From the NCBI GenBank assembly GCA_963845755.1, contig CAWJTV010000005.1, forward strand, positions 512,001-576,000: a stretch of 64,000 nucleotides of DNA, given 5' to 3'. Below the pieces are notes generated by a model. The model was given only the letters and a program-made list of their open reading frames with translations. It was not told where the DNA came from and ran no database searches. A program made the translations under genes and the position numbers. This DNA is from an uncultured Planctomycetota bacterium. Lineage in GTDB: Bacteria > Planctomycetota > Planctomycetia > Isosphaerales > Isosphaeraceae. Of the stretch, positions 40,684 to 50,876 are shown piece after piece (positions within the stretch are counted from its first letter, which is position 1; the number at the start of each line of letters is the position of its first letter).

Positions 40684-41706
40684 ATGAATAGCGAACAAGA
40701 TCTCTTCACGGAAGAGCAGTCCATGGTCACGATGAGCTTCGGCGAGCACATCGAGGAGCTCCGCCTCCGCCTGATCCTGGCCCTGCTTGGATTACTGGCC
40801 GGCGTTGTGGTGGTTTTCATCCCGCCGCTCGACATCGCCTCGCATGTGATGAGGAGCATGGAAGCCCCAGCCAAGGCGGCGCTGGATGCGTTCTACAAGC
40901 AGGAGTACGAAAAGAAGCGAGAGAAGGCGGAACTCGAGAAGACCGTGACTCAGCCGATCCTGGCGGAGATCCCCGCGGATTCGTTCGTCGCCGAACTCAA
41001 GAAGATTGCACCGGATCTCAAGCTGCCGGAGTCCGGTGTGCTAACAGGGCAGACAATGAGTCTGCCGCTGACCTTCTTCACATCGGGCTTCATCTCGGCG
41101 ACGCGAGACGCAGTCGTCCAGATCGATCAAAGCCTCGTCTCGCTGGCACCGCTAGAGACGCTCACCATCTTCTTCATGGTTGCGCTCGTGAGCGGACTGA
41201 TCCTCGCAAGTCCTTGGGTCTTCTACCAGGGGTGGGCCTTTGTCGCCGCCGGGCTCTATCGCCACGAGCGGCGTTATGTCACGAAGTACTTGCCGTTCTC
41301 ACTCGGCCTGTTCCTGGCTGGGGTCTTCCTCTGCTTCTTCTTCGTTCTGCCGATCACCTTGACGTTTCTCCTCCAGTTCAACGTCTACCTCGGGGTCGCC
41401 CCGACGCTCCGCCTGAGCGAGTGGATGGGCTTCGCGACGCTCCTTCCCCTGATCTTTGGCCTGGCGTTTCAGACTCCATTAATCATGCTGCTTCTGGAGC
41501 GAATCAACATCTTCACGGTCGAGGACTATAGATCGAAGCGGAAGATGGCGATCATGGTCATCGCGGTCGCCGCCGCGGTCCTCACGCCGGGACAGGACCC
41601 GTTCAGCATGATGCTTCTGGCCGGTCCGATGATCCTGCTGTACGAACTGGGTATTCTCATGATCAGTGGCTGGAAACGAGAAGGATTGCCGGGCGTGAAG
41701 AGTTGA
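40684..41706 (+). CDS. tatC: Twin-arginine translocase subunit TatC
   Basis: MSFGEHIEELRLRL, WAFVAAGLYRHERR, FGLAFQTP, LTPGQDPFSM, LLYELG. Confidence 0.95.
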   Translation: MNSEQDLFTEEQSMVTMSFGEHIEELRLRLILALLGLLAGVVVVFIPPLDIASHVMRSMEAPAKAALDAFYKQEYEKKREKAELEKTVTQPILAEIPADSFVAELKKIAPDLKLPESGVLTGQTMSLPLTFFTSGFISATRDAVVQIDQSLVSLAPLETLTIFFMVALVSGLILASPWVFYQGWAFVAAGLYRHERRYVTKYLPFSLGLFLAGVFLCFFFVLPITLTFLLQFNVYLGVAPTLRLSEWMGFATLLPLIFGLAFQTPLIMLLLERINIFTVEDYRSKRKMAIMVIAVAAAVLTPGQDPFSMMLLAGPMILLYELGILMISGWKREGLPGVKS

Positions 41707-41806
41707 GAGGTCATTCGACGCGTGTGCTCAGGATCGGTTGGTGTTGACGGCCGGAGGGTGCTCAACGAGCACGGGGTGTGTGCTGGAATCCCCCGACTCC
41801 CAAACC

Positions 41807-43348
41807 ATGAATCGCAGGGGCAAGGTCTACCTCGTCGGCGCCGGACCGGGCGATCCCGGATTGCTAACCCGGCGCGGCGCGGCGGTCCTTGCGCGCGGAT
41901 GTTGTGGTATATGACCATCTCGCCAGTGCACGGCTGCTCGATCTCGCTCCGCGAGAGGCCCTGCGGATCTGCGCCGGCAAGTCGGTCGGTCACTGCACAA
42001 TGACGCAGGACCGGATCCACGATTTGTTGATCGAGCACGCGAAGGCGGGCGACTCCGTAGTTCGTCTCAAGGGAGGCGATCCACTGATCTTTGGGCGTGG
42101 GGCCGAAGAGGCTTCGAGCTCTCCGGGCCGCGGGCATCCCGTTCGAAATCGTTCCGGGTGTGACGGCGGGGGTCGGTGCCACCGCCTTTGCCGGGATCCC
42201 CGTGACACATCGTGACTGCGCTTCGGCAGTGGCCTTCGTCACGGGTCATACCGACCCGGAATCGGCAGAGCCGGGCGCCGGCCTCGACTGGCCGGCCCTC
42301 GCCCATTTCCCGGGCACGCTCGTGGTCTACATGGGTGTGACACACCTCTCGTCGATTTGCCGCACGCTCATCCGGGAGGGAAAGCCCGCCGAGACGCCGG
42401 CCGCGGTCATCGAGTCCGGGACCCTGTCCGCACAACGTACACACGTGGCCACGCTGGCGACCATCGGCGGAGGCCGCGCGCGACGCAGGCGTTCAGCCCC
42501 CGGCGCTTCTGGTCGTTGGTCCAGTCGTCGCCCTCAGAGACCGGCTCGATTGGTACGAAAGTCTGCCGCTCTTCGGCCAGAGAATAATTATCACGCGGCC
42601 CGCGGACGAGGCCAGTCATGCCGCGGCCATCCTGGAGGCACTCGGTGCGGAGGCCATCCTGGCACCGACCGTGGAAATCCGCCCGATCGCCGATCCCGCG
42701 CCGCTCGATCGTGCGATCGAGGAATTGCGCGACTACGAGTGGTTGGTCTTCACTTCCTCGAACGGCGTCCGATTTTTCATGGAGCGCCTGGAAGGATCGG
42801 GCCGGGACATGCGGGCTCTCGGCCACCTCCAGATCGCCGCCATCGGACCGGTCACGGCGGAGACGCTGGGCGAATTCCACCTCCGTGCCGACCTCGTCCC
42901 GGAATCGTACCGATCGGAGTCTCTGGCCGCGGCACTCCTGCAGAAGGCCAAGGGACGCAAAGTCCTCCTCGCCCGAGCCGACCGCGGTCGAACTCTGCTG
43001 AAGGACGAACTCCAGCAGGTGGCCGAAGTCGCTCAGGTGGCCGTTTACCATCATGCCGATGTCGAGTCGTTGCCGGATGATCTCGTCGGCCGAATCGTTT
43101 CGGGTACCGTCGATTGGATCACGATAACCAGTTCCGCCATCGTGATGCAGCTCCACGCGCTACTGCCGCCTGCTGCACGACAGCGGGTTGGCCGCGACGT
43201 TCGCCTTGCGAGCCTCAGCCCGGTCACTTCGGAGACAGCCTCCCGCCTCGGCTGGGACGTCGCCGTCGAAGCCAGGGAATATACCTGGGAGGGCTTGGTC
43301 CACTCGCTCGTGGAGCGGGTCACGGCCGATCGTCAACGGTCTCGATGA
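41807..43348 (+). CDS. cobA: Uroporphyrinogen-III C-methyltransferase/synthase fusion (CobA-HemD), frameshifted
   Basis: GKVYLVGAGPGDPGLLT, VVRLKGGDPLIFGRGAEE, IVPGVTA, IPVTHR; HemD part WLVFTSSNGV, AAIGPVTA. Confidence 0.9.
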
Positions 43349-43593
43349 TCAAGGACCTCACCGGTCGATCTCCGACGGTGAGGTCCCGTCGAACCCCCGG
43401 GCGCTGTCGTCTCACGCAACTCCAACACGGTCTCGATGCCCTGCCATAACAGGAACGCCGCTGCCAGGATGAAGAGTACATCCATCGCGATGTAGCGACC
43501 GAAGATCCCCGCGGCCAGGTCGAGCCCGAATATGAGCAGAACCAATCCGGCGACCCCGATCGCCGAGTAGGTGATGATCTTGTCAATCTCCAT
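43333..43593 (-). CDS. Small two-TM membrane protein
   Basis: MEIDKIITYSAIGVAGLVLLIFGLDLAAGIFG...; hydrophobic hairpin. Confidence 0.7.
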   Translation of the reverse strand: MEIDKIITYSAIGVAGLVLLIFGLDLAAGIFGRYIAMDVLFILAAAFLLWQGIETVLELRETTAPGGSTGPHRRRSTGEVLDHRDR

Positions 43594-43705
43594 GTGATGG
43601 AGCTCCGCTGATTGTGACAAAGGACGTAACAAGTCCAATTTACCACAAAGCTGTGACTCTGGGAGTAAGGAATCGGCCCGACTGCTCAAGTCGCGCGGCC
43701 GGCTA

Positions 43706-44200
43706 TTACGACGGTCGAATCGGAATCGTTCGAGGCTTGACGGCCGTTTGTTTCGGGAGCCGGATTTTCAAGACTCCATGGCTCGCTTCGGCTTCGGCGC
43801 GTTCCAGATCGACTTGATTCGGGAGCGTGATCTGGCGAGAGAAGAGGCCGAAGACGCGTTCACGGACCGGGAACACGGCTTCCGGCAGTTCCGCTTCCTC
43901 TTTGACTCCGCGAAGCGTGAGAGTATTGCCTGTGACGGCCAGGTCGATCGACGCGGGATCGACGCCCGGTACTTCGGCGTGGATGAAGATCGCATCGGGT
44001 GTCTCGAACACGTCGACCGTCGGAATCCAGGCCGTCGGCTCCAGATCGGTTGCCGGTGACGCGGCGCTGCGGAATCCGGGCGGTTGCAAATAATCCTCCA
44101 GCAGGCGGTTCAATTCCTGCTGGAGGACTTGAAACGCATTGGTCGCCTCACGACGCCATTGACTCGGTCGAGACACGTTCGGGCTCCGTAGAAGGTCCAC
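43706..44200 (-). CDS. Hsp20/alpha-crystallin small heat-shock protein
   Basis: PTVDVFET, AEVPGV, FSRQITLP, HGVLKIRLPK. Confidence 0.92.
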   Translation of the reverse strand: MDLLRSPNVSRPSQWRREATNAFQVLQQELNRLLEDYLQPPGFRSAASPATDLEPTAWIPTVDVFETPDAIFIHAEVPGVDPASIDLAVTGNTLTLRGVKEEAELPEAVFPVRERVFGLFSRQITLPNQVDLERAEAEASHGVLKIRLPKQTAVKPRTIPIRPS

Positions 44201-44261
44201 CGTGGGAGCGTGGCTCCATACACCAATCCGGGAATCTCCCGGTGGGTGCGACAGGGTAGAT

Positions 44262-44687
44262 TTACGACTTGATCTCGATTCGGCGCGTACGGGTTCCTTC
44301 AGACTTGGGGAGGACTAGCCGCAGGACTCCGTTCTTGAGTTCCGCGACGATCCGGTCTTTGTCAACCTCGTCGCTGAGAATAAAGGAGCGCCGGTAATCA
44401 CCTAGACAGTATTCCTCGTGTAACAGCCGCGCCCCTGAGGGCGCCGGGGAATCGATCCGCGCCTGGAGACTCAGGACGTTGTCCTCCAACTGGATCGTCA
44501 GGTTTTGCTCGTTGGCACCGGGCAAGTCGGCCTCGAGGATCAGACCGTCCGGCCCTTCGTGAATGTCGATCGGCGGTGTAAAGGATCGGAGCACCTGGGG
44601 AATATCCTCGCGGGCCTGGCTCGGCGAGACCTCCTCGGGCGGAGGCGACCCCACGCGTACTCGGATCGTCGGATTTTCCGCGCTCAT
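44262..44687 (-). CDS. Hsp20/alpha-crystallin small heat-shock protein
   Basis: PPIDIHE, ADLPG, YRRSFIL, NGVLRLVLPK. Confidence 0.92.
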   Translation of the reverse strand: MSAENPTIRVRVGSPPPEEVSPSQAREDIPQVLRSFTPPIDIHEGPDGLILEADLPGANEQNLTIQLEDNVLSLQARIDSPAPSGARLLHEEYCLGDYRRSFILSDEVDKDRIVAELKNGVLRLVLPKSEGTRTRRIEIKS

Positions 44688-44856
44688 GGATCTTCTTGGC
44701 TCCCGACCTAAGTTAGGGAATCGGCTATCCCGAATCTCGCCGGGAATCGACTCATGGCACTCGCATCGAGGCGATACCGCGGCTGGCGAACCGGCGGACT
44801 CCAAGAACGGCCGAACGAGGGTCGTCGAGGAACCGGCTTGTGAGCCACCTCTGCCG

Positions 44857-45306
44857 TCAGACCGCCTCGGAGACACCGATGACCGCGATGTGACGGGGCT
44901 TGGCTCCCTCCGCCTTGGGGAGGTTGACCGTGAGAATTCCATTGGTGAAGGAGGCCGAAACCTGGCCGTTTTCCACTCGGTCCGGCAATGTGACAGTCCG
45001 GGACCAACGGCCCATGGGGCGCTCCTGTCGTCGGTAATTGTCGTCTCGGACTCCTTCGGCCCGTCTCCGCTCGCCCCGCATCGTCAGCGTCTCGCCCGTG
45101 ATGGTCAGCTCGATGTCACCGGGCGCGATCCCCGGCAACTGTGCCGAGAGAATATAGTGATCGCCCGCATCATAGAGGTTGAGGGGTGGATAGACCTCTG
45201 CGCGACGCGTGGCCTGAAAAGGATCCAGTGATTCGAGAAGACGGCCGACCTCACGTTGCAATTCGCGAAATGGATCCCAACGTCTCTGCCAGTGCAGCCC
45301 ACCCAT
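44857..45306 (-). CDS. Hsp20/alpha-crystallin small heat-shock protein
   Basis: WDPFREL, YPPLNLYD, WSRTVTLP, NGILTVNLPK. Confidence 0.92.
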   Translation of the reverse strand: MGGLHWQRRWDPFRELQREVGRLLESLDPFQATRRAEVYPPLNLYDAGDHYILSAQLPGIAPGDIELTITGETLTMRGERRRAEGVRDDNYRRQERPMGRWSRTVTLPDRVENGQVSASFTNGILTVNLPKAEGAKPRHIAVIGVSEAV

Positions 45307-45359
45307 GGTATTCCCTCGCCTGCCCTGTCTCAGCTCCGACCGGAACCACCAGACCACTC

Positions 45360-45617
45360 AGAGTCGTTTCCACAGAGCCCCGGAGGGGCGACCGGCCGTA
45401 GCCAGGGGCGTGAGCCCCTGGACGATCGACCGCGACCCCCTCGACCGTCGTTCGAGCCCCGGAGGGGCGACAGAAGTCCTCAGGGCCACAGGGTTTCTGT
45501 CGCCCCTCCGGGGCTTCCCGGATCGGAGGAACTCCCCTCGTCCAGGGGCTCACGCCCCTGGCTACGTGCTTCCTCCCCCTTCCGGGGGCTCAGGAGGGGA
45601 CTTAGGGAACAGATTCT
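45360..45617. repeat. REP-containing MITE-like element (uninterrupted sister of 39851-40390)
   Basis: High identity along its length; right end GGGAACAGATTCT. Confidence 0.88.
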
Positions 45618-46244
45618 AAGATCGATCCGAAGACTTTCTGTTCACCTTCACTAAGCAGCCTTCGTACCATCTCTGGGTGCGGAATGATAATTCCTGCGAT
45701 CTCAACGTAATTCTAGAATTGATAAAGAACTGTGACAAGCCAGTTGGAAGGAGGCCTGTCTGCGGCAGTCGCCAGGTGATACGAGAACCCGCCAAAATGG
45801 CAGATTTCAGACTTGGGATTGTCACTGAGTCGGATAGGCTGCCGAACTGGCAGCTAGAATTGAGATGGACGCGGAACGATCTGATGCAGCGGGACCGATT
45901 ACCACGAGACGGTCAGTTCTCGGAACTCGGCCGCACTCTGGGAACCAGGCTCGATCGTCAGCCGATCGGACGAAGGTTCGGAAAACGGCTCATCGGACAC
46001 GGGTTGTCCGTCAACTTCCACGATCACGTTGCGATGATCCCGATGAAGATGGACTCGGCGCCAGGAATTACCAACAATCGATCCACGTGGTGGGGTTCGC
46101 CGGGGAAGATGCTGCCTTCTTCAAAAGGTAGCCGGCGATACGGATTTGCTCCAGGTCGTTCGCCGTGGAAAGCACCTCAACATCGAGATCGAATGATGAA
46201 GGCAGGGCCAAGGGCATCTCGTAGGCGACCGACCGACCGTTCGG

Positions 46245-47456
46245 TCAACCGGGCAGCGGCTTCGCTACGAAGTATTTGACATGAAATCGGCGTGAGACCG
46301 GAATTGGTCGCGTATTCGAGGGCGAACCAACGGCTTCGACGTTCGGCCAGCGGATGACCAGGCAGGCCGCGAGCACCGATGCTCCGACTACCGCGAGGTT
46401 CAAGGCCCATGACCAGAAGCGGGGCGTACGGGTCTCGATCGGGAACGGACAATGGAGCAACATCAGGATTCGCTGGAACAGAGCGGACGGCACGACCGCT
46501 ATTTCACTGGAAGTCGAGGTCGGAGCCGACTCGCTGGTACCGGCCGGGCCCTCGAGCGAGCCGTTAGCCGCCATGAGTAGTAGCGATGAGGCGTATTCCG
46601 ACGATGCCCCGTATTCCCTGGCTGCGGACTGGTCCGCGAGAAACTCCTGATCGATCATAAGCTGCGATCGGAGCCACCAGGTGTGCGGAAGGAAGAACCA
46701 AACGGTCTGAGCCAGGTTGGCCACAGCATTGAACCCGTAGTCGTACCTTTCGACGTGAGCCAGCTCGTGGAGAAGGCTCAGTCGCAACGACTCCAGATCG
46801 CCGGACGGGAGATCCAATGAGAACGGGATCAGAATGGTCGGGTGGATCAAACCGACCACGACCGGGCGATGGACACGCGTTGACACGCGTAACGCCGACC
46901 GTCTCCAGAGATGCGAGCCGAGTGTGACGAGTTGTTCATGGAGTAGGCGAGAGGCCGTTGAGGGCGGATGCGACCGTCGAATCAGCCACTGAACGCCTCC
47001 GAAACCCAGGAGGAGCCAGGCAAAGCCAGCACTCATCCCGGCCAGAACGAGCACGACCACGAAATGTGCGACCCACCTCCAGTACCATGACCTCGGGCGC
47101 AGCCGCATGGCTCGAAATGTCGGGATCGGACCCGAGCCCGGAGAAGCCGAAACTGCTGACGGTTGAGGAGGTTCGTCAGACGAGGCAGACGGGAAAAAGG
47201 GGCGGGGAATCAACTCGGAGGAGAGAACAACCTTCACCAGGTTGAGTCGAGGTAACGAATTCAGACGGGTCAGGGGGATGATCGCCAGCGATGCTAGCAG
47301 CGCCACCCGTGCGATGAGGATTCGTCGCGCGGGTTGGCGACACGCCAGCATCGCCAGCACGACCACACTGAAGAAAAGACTAGCCGACAAGGCGGCATCG
47401 AAGGTTTCCGTCTCCACCCACTCCCAAGCGCTCATGGTCGAGTCCGCTCCGGTCAC
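46245..47456 (-). CDS. M56-family (BlaR1/MecR1-like) metallopeptidase; C-terminus may extend further via a frameshift
   Basis: PVVVGLIHPTILIP, LLHELAHVER, QEFLADQ; directly downstream of the BlaI-like gene. Confidence 0.88.
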   Translation of the reverse strand: MTGADSTMSAWEWVETETFDAALSASLFFSVVVLAMLACRQPARRILIARVALLASLAIIPLTRLNSLPRLNLVKVVLSSELIPRPFFPSASSDEPPQPSAVSASPGSGPIPTFRAMRLRPRSWYWRWVAHFVVVLVLAGMSAGFAWLLLGFGGVQWLIRRSHPPSTASRLLHEQLVTLGSHLWRRSALRVSTRVHRPVVVGLIHPTILIPFSLDLPSGDLESLRLSLLHELAHVERYDYGFNAVANLAQTVWFFLPHTWWLRSQLMIDQEFLADQSAAREYGASSEYASSLLLMAANGSLEGPAGTSESAPTSTSSEIAVVPSALFQRILMLLHCPFPIETRTPRFWSWALNLAVVGASVLAACLVIRWPNVEAVGSPSNTRPIPVSRRFHVKYFVAKPLPG

Positions 47457-47478
47457 TCACGCCGGGAGAAAGGTGACA

Positions 47479-47910
47479 TCACGTTTCCTCGACTGCACAC
47501 AGCTCGCTGACCTCCGTTCCGAGGCTCGACTGACGCTGCGCTTCGTCAATCATAACGCGCAGCCGGTCCAATTCCTCGGCGGTCGGAGACTTTGAGCCTA
47601 GCAGAGCGACCATGACGCGGTCCAGAGCCCCGTCGAAGACTCGATCCACAAATCGGCGTGTCAACTCGCCGATCGTGCGTTCCGACGACTTCTTGGGGAT
47701 GTAGACGAACGTACGGCCTTCGACGACGTGTCGAACCAGTCCTTTCTTATCTTCCATGATGTTGAGTAGAGTCTGCACGGTGCTGTAAGCGACCGGACCC
47801 GCTGTCCGGTTCAAGTCCTCCTGCACCTCGCGCACGCTGGCCCGCCCGCGAACCCACAAGACCTTCATGATCTCCAGCTCGCGATCGGTCACCATCTGAG
47901 TCTTCCGCAT
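47479..47910 (-). CDS. BlaI/MecI/CopY family repressor
   Basis: TDRELEIMKVLW, AYSTVQTLL, FVDRVFDG. Confidence 0.93.
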   Translation of the reverse strand: MRKTQMVTDRELEIMKVLWVRGRASVREVQEDLNRTAGPVAYSTVQTLLNIMEDKKGLVRHVVEGRTFVYIPKKSSERTIGELTRRFVDRVFDGALDRVMVALLGSKSPTAEELDRLRVMIDEAQRQSSLGTEVSELCAVEET

Positions 47911-48278
47911 AGCCTCCTCCTCTGATAACGGGAAAAACGAGAATAATCAAACTCGTAACCTAACGAGCACCTTCACAATACGCAACCCGAAGCAACTCGG
48001 AATTCGGGCGACTCCATCGGGATGTACCGCCCGTGCCGGAGTGAGACATGAGGATGGTCGTGACGCCCGTTCTGATCGATCCGAGCACGGAAGTCATGGC
48101 TCGGCAAGGGATTCCGACAAGGACTCCGAAACGGCGAACGGTCGATCCACCGGCGAACCTCCTGACCGTGCGCGTGTCATCTGTCGAGGAGGCGGCTGCA
48201 TTTGCTAGAATCCCAGGATGTCCTTACTTATCGCCCTTACGGAAGAAGGGATGGAATCCCCGAGGTTCTGAGCACGTT

Positions 48279-48400
48279 AGAGTCGGTCCCAGAAGGGCGA
48301 GCGGGGGGCGTCAGCCCCCTGTCCGGTGAGCGACGGACCTCCAAGACAGGGGGCTGACGCCCCCCGCTCGCCCGGACCGGCCCCTTCGGGGACAGACTCT
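48279..48400. repeat. Short REP/MITE-like palindromic element
   Basis: Ends AGAGTCGGTCCC / GGGACAGACTCT; long internal inverted repeat GGGCGAGCGGGGGGCGTCAGCCCCCTGTC / GACAGGGGGCTGACGCCCCCCGCTCGCCC. Confidence 0.85.
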
Positions 48401-48474
48401 GAGTGCAGAGGATGACCGAACGCCTGGGGCCGGACCCGTATCACCAGCCACGAAGGACCGCGGATCGAGGATCA

Positions 48475-50093
48475 ATGACACGCATCTTCATGTACGATAC
48501 CACGTTACGCGACGGCAGCCAGGGCGAGGGAGTCAATTTTTCGCTCCAGGATAAGCTATTGATCACGGCGCGGCTGGATGCGGTGGGATTCGACTACATC
48601 GAGGGAGGCTATCCCCTTTCCAACCCCAAGGACGCCGCCTATTTCCGCGCCGTTGGCGATCTCGATCTGACTCATGCCAAAGTGACGGCGTTCGGCATGA
48701 CCCGTCGCCGGGATATTGCCGCTGAGGACGACACGGGGATGAAGGCACTGGTCGAAGCCCGAACTCCGGCGATCACGATTGTTGGCAAGAGTTGGGACCT
48801 GCACGTCCACGAAGTTCTCGGCGTGTCGCTCGAGGAGAATCTTCGGATGATCGGCGACTCGGTAGCCTTCTGCGCCGCATCCGCGCCCGAGGTCATCTAC
48901 GATGCGGAACATTTCTTCGACGGGTTCAAGCGTAATCCGGATTATACCCTGCGAACCATCCAGTCGGCCGCGGATGCCGGCGCGGCCTGGATCGTTCTCT
49001 GCGACACCAACGGAGGGGCATTGCCGGAGGAGGTAGCCGCCGCCATCGATCAGGTCGTTCGCGAAGTGAAGGTCCCCCTGGGTATCCACACACACAACGA
49101 TGGTGACCTCGCCGTCGCTAACGCCCTGATGGCGGTCCGCCATGGTGCGCGACAGGTCCAGGGGACGATCAACGGCCTGGGCGAACGTTGCGGCAACGTC
49201 AACCTTTGCAGTGTGGCGGCCAACCTGGCATTGAAATACCCTGGATCCTCGGTCCTGCTTCCCGGTCAACTCGCGCATCTAACCGAGGTCTCGCGCTACG
49301 TCTACGAGACGGCCAATATGAACTTCCGGCCGGGCCAGCCGTTCGTCGGCGCCAGTGCCTTCGCCCATAAAGGAGGTATGCACGTCCACGGGATCCGCAA
49401 GAACGCGATCAGTTACGAGCATATCGACCCGGCGACCGTCGGCAATGAGCGCCGGGTGCTCGTCAGCGAGTTGTCGGGGAAGTCGAATATCGCCGAGAAA
49501 CTCAGCGAGCACGGGCTAGAGCAGGACGATGCCTTGCTCGCGCAGGTCCTGGACTCGGTGCAGGACCTGGAGAATGAAGGCTACCAGTTCGAGGCCGCCG
49601 AGGCGTCGTTCGTCCTCCTGGTCGAGCGGCTGGCGGGCCGGCACCGCACGGGTTTCGAGGTGCTCGGCTACCATGTGAGCGTCAGCGGCGATTTCGGCGC
49701 GAAGTCTCGACCTCGACCGAGGCCACCATCAAGCTCCGGGTCAACGATACGATCGAGCACACGGTGAGCGAAGGCGACGGCCCGGTCAATGCCCTGGACG
49801 GCGCCTTGCGGAAGGCGCTGGAAGGGCATTTCCCCCGCCTCAAGGAGATGCACCTCGTCGATTACAAGGTCCGCGTCATCAATGAGCGAGCCGGTACCGC
49901 GGCGAGGGTCCGGGTCGTCATTGAAAGCAAGGACAACGATGACGTCTGGGGGACCGTAGGTGTGTCCGAGAACGTCATCGAAGCCAGTTGGCGGGCACTC
50001 GCAGACGCATTCGAATATAAGCTTTCGAAAGATGGACGCGCCGCGCCCGCGGTTTCGCGGACGAGGGGCGAGCGGCCCGTTGCGATCCGGTAA
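48475..50093 (+). CDS. cimA: Citramalate synthase (frameshift near 49710)
   Basis: [78 protein letters not shown]. Confidence 0.92.
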
Positions 50094-50164
50094 TCTCGGG
50101 AACCTGGTCCCGTTGAGTGCCGAGACTCTTCTCGCCGCTCGCCACCATGACCAAGGAGACTGCC

Positions 50165-50665
50165 ATGGTACAGAACAACGACCCTGGAACTCTGGCCCAG
50201 ATCACGTCCGAGGAGTTCGCTCGCTATTTCCGCCATCTGGCCGGGCGCGCCGAACGCGCCGTGCTGGCCGTCCCGGAAGATAGGCTCTGGACCAAGCCAT
50301 TCGCGTTCGGCAACAGCATCGGCCACCTGGTGCTGCATCTCACCGGTAACTTGAACCATTATATCGGGGCGATCGTCGCTGGTACCGGCTATGTCCGGCA
50401 CCGCGAACACGAGTTTACAGACACCGAGAAACACCCTCGCGACCAGCTCCTGGCGAACTTCCGGAAGGCCGTGGATCAGGTCGTGCAGACCCTCGAATTC
50501 CAGGATGAGGCGGGATTCGCCACTCCGGTCTCCGAGCAGATGCCGATCCAGACCCGGTTCGGCTTGTTTCTGGTGTGTGCGGCTCACCTGAATAATCATA
50601 TCGGCCAGATGAGTTACCTGGTCCAGGCCCTCCAGTCCTCGACCCAGGAGCCGCCGGTCTGGTGA
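50165..50665 (+). CDS. DinB/DUF1572 family protein
   Basis: NSIGHLVLHLTGN, RHREHEF, HLNNHIGQ. Confidence 0.85.
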   Translation: MVQNNDPGTLAQITSEEFARYFRHLAGRAERAVLAVPEDRLWTKPFAFGNSIGHLVLHLTGNLNHYIGAIVAGTGYVRHREHEFTDTEKHPRDQLLANFRKAVDQVVQTLEFQDEAGFATPVSEQMPIQTRFGLFLVCAAHLNNHIGQMSYLVQALQSSTQEPPVW

Positions 50666-50876
50666 CCTCCTCGGCTGAATCAATCCCGGGCTCGATCCCT
50701 TGCCCCTGCGAACCGGGACAAAGGCCCGGAGTGTCCTTCCGGTGTGCCGTGACGGACCGCTATAGTGATGATGAACGGACGCTCTGGACCGATCACGGCG
50801 ATCGGATGTTCGGCGACCTGAGCGGTATGCAGCCGGCGTGTCCTCTGCAAGTAGACCCTACTCACAGAATCCGAGC

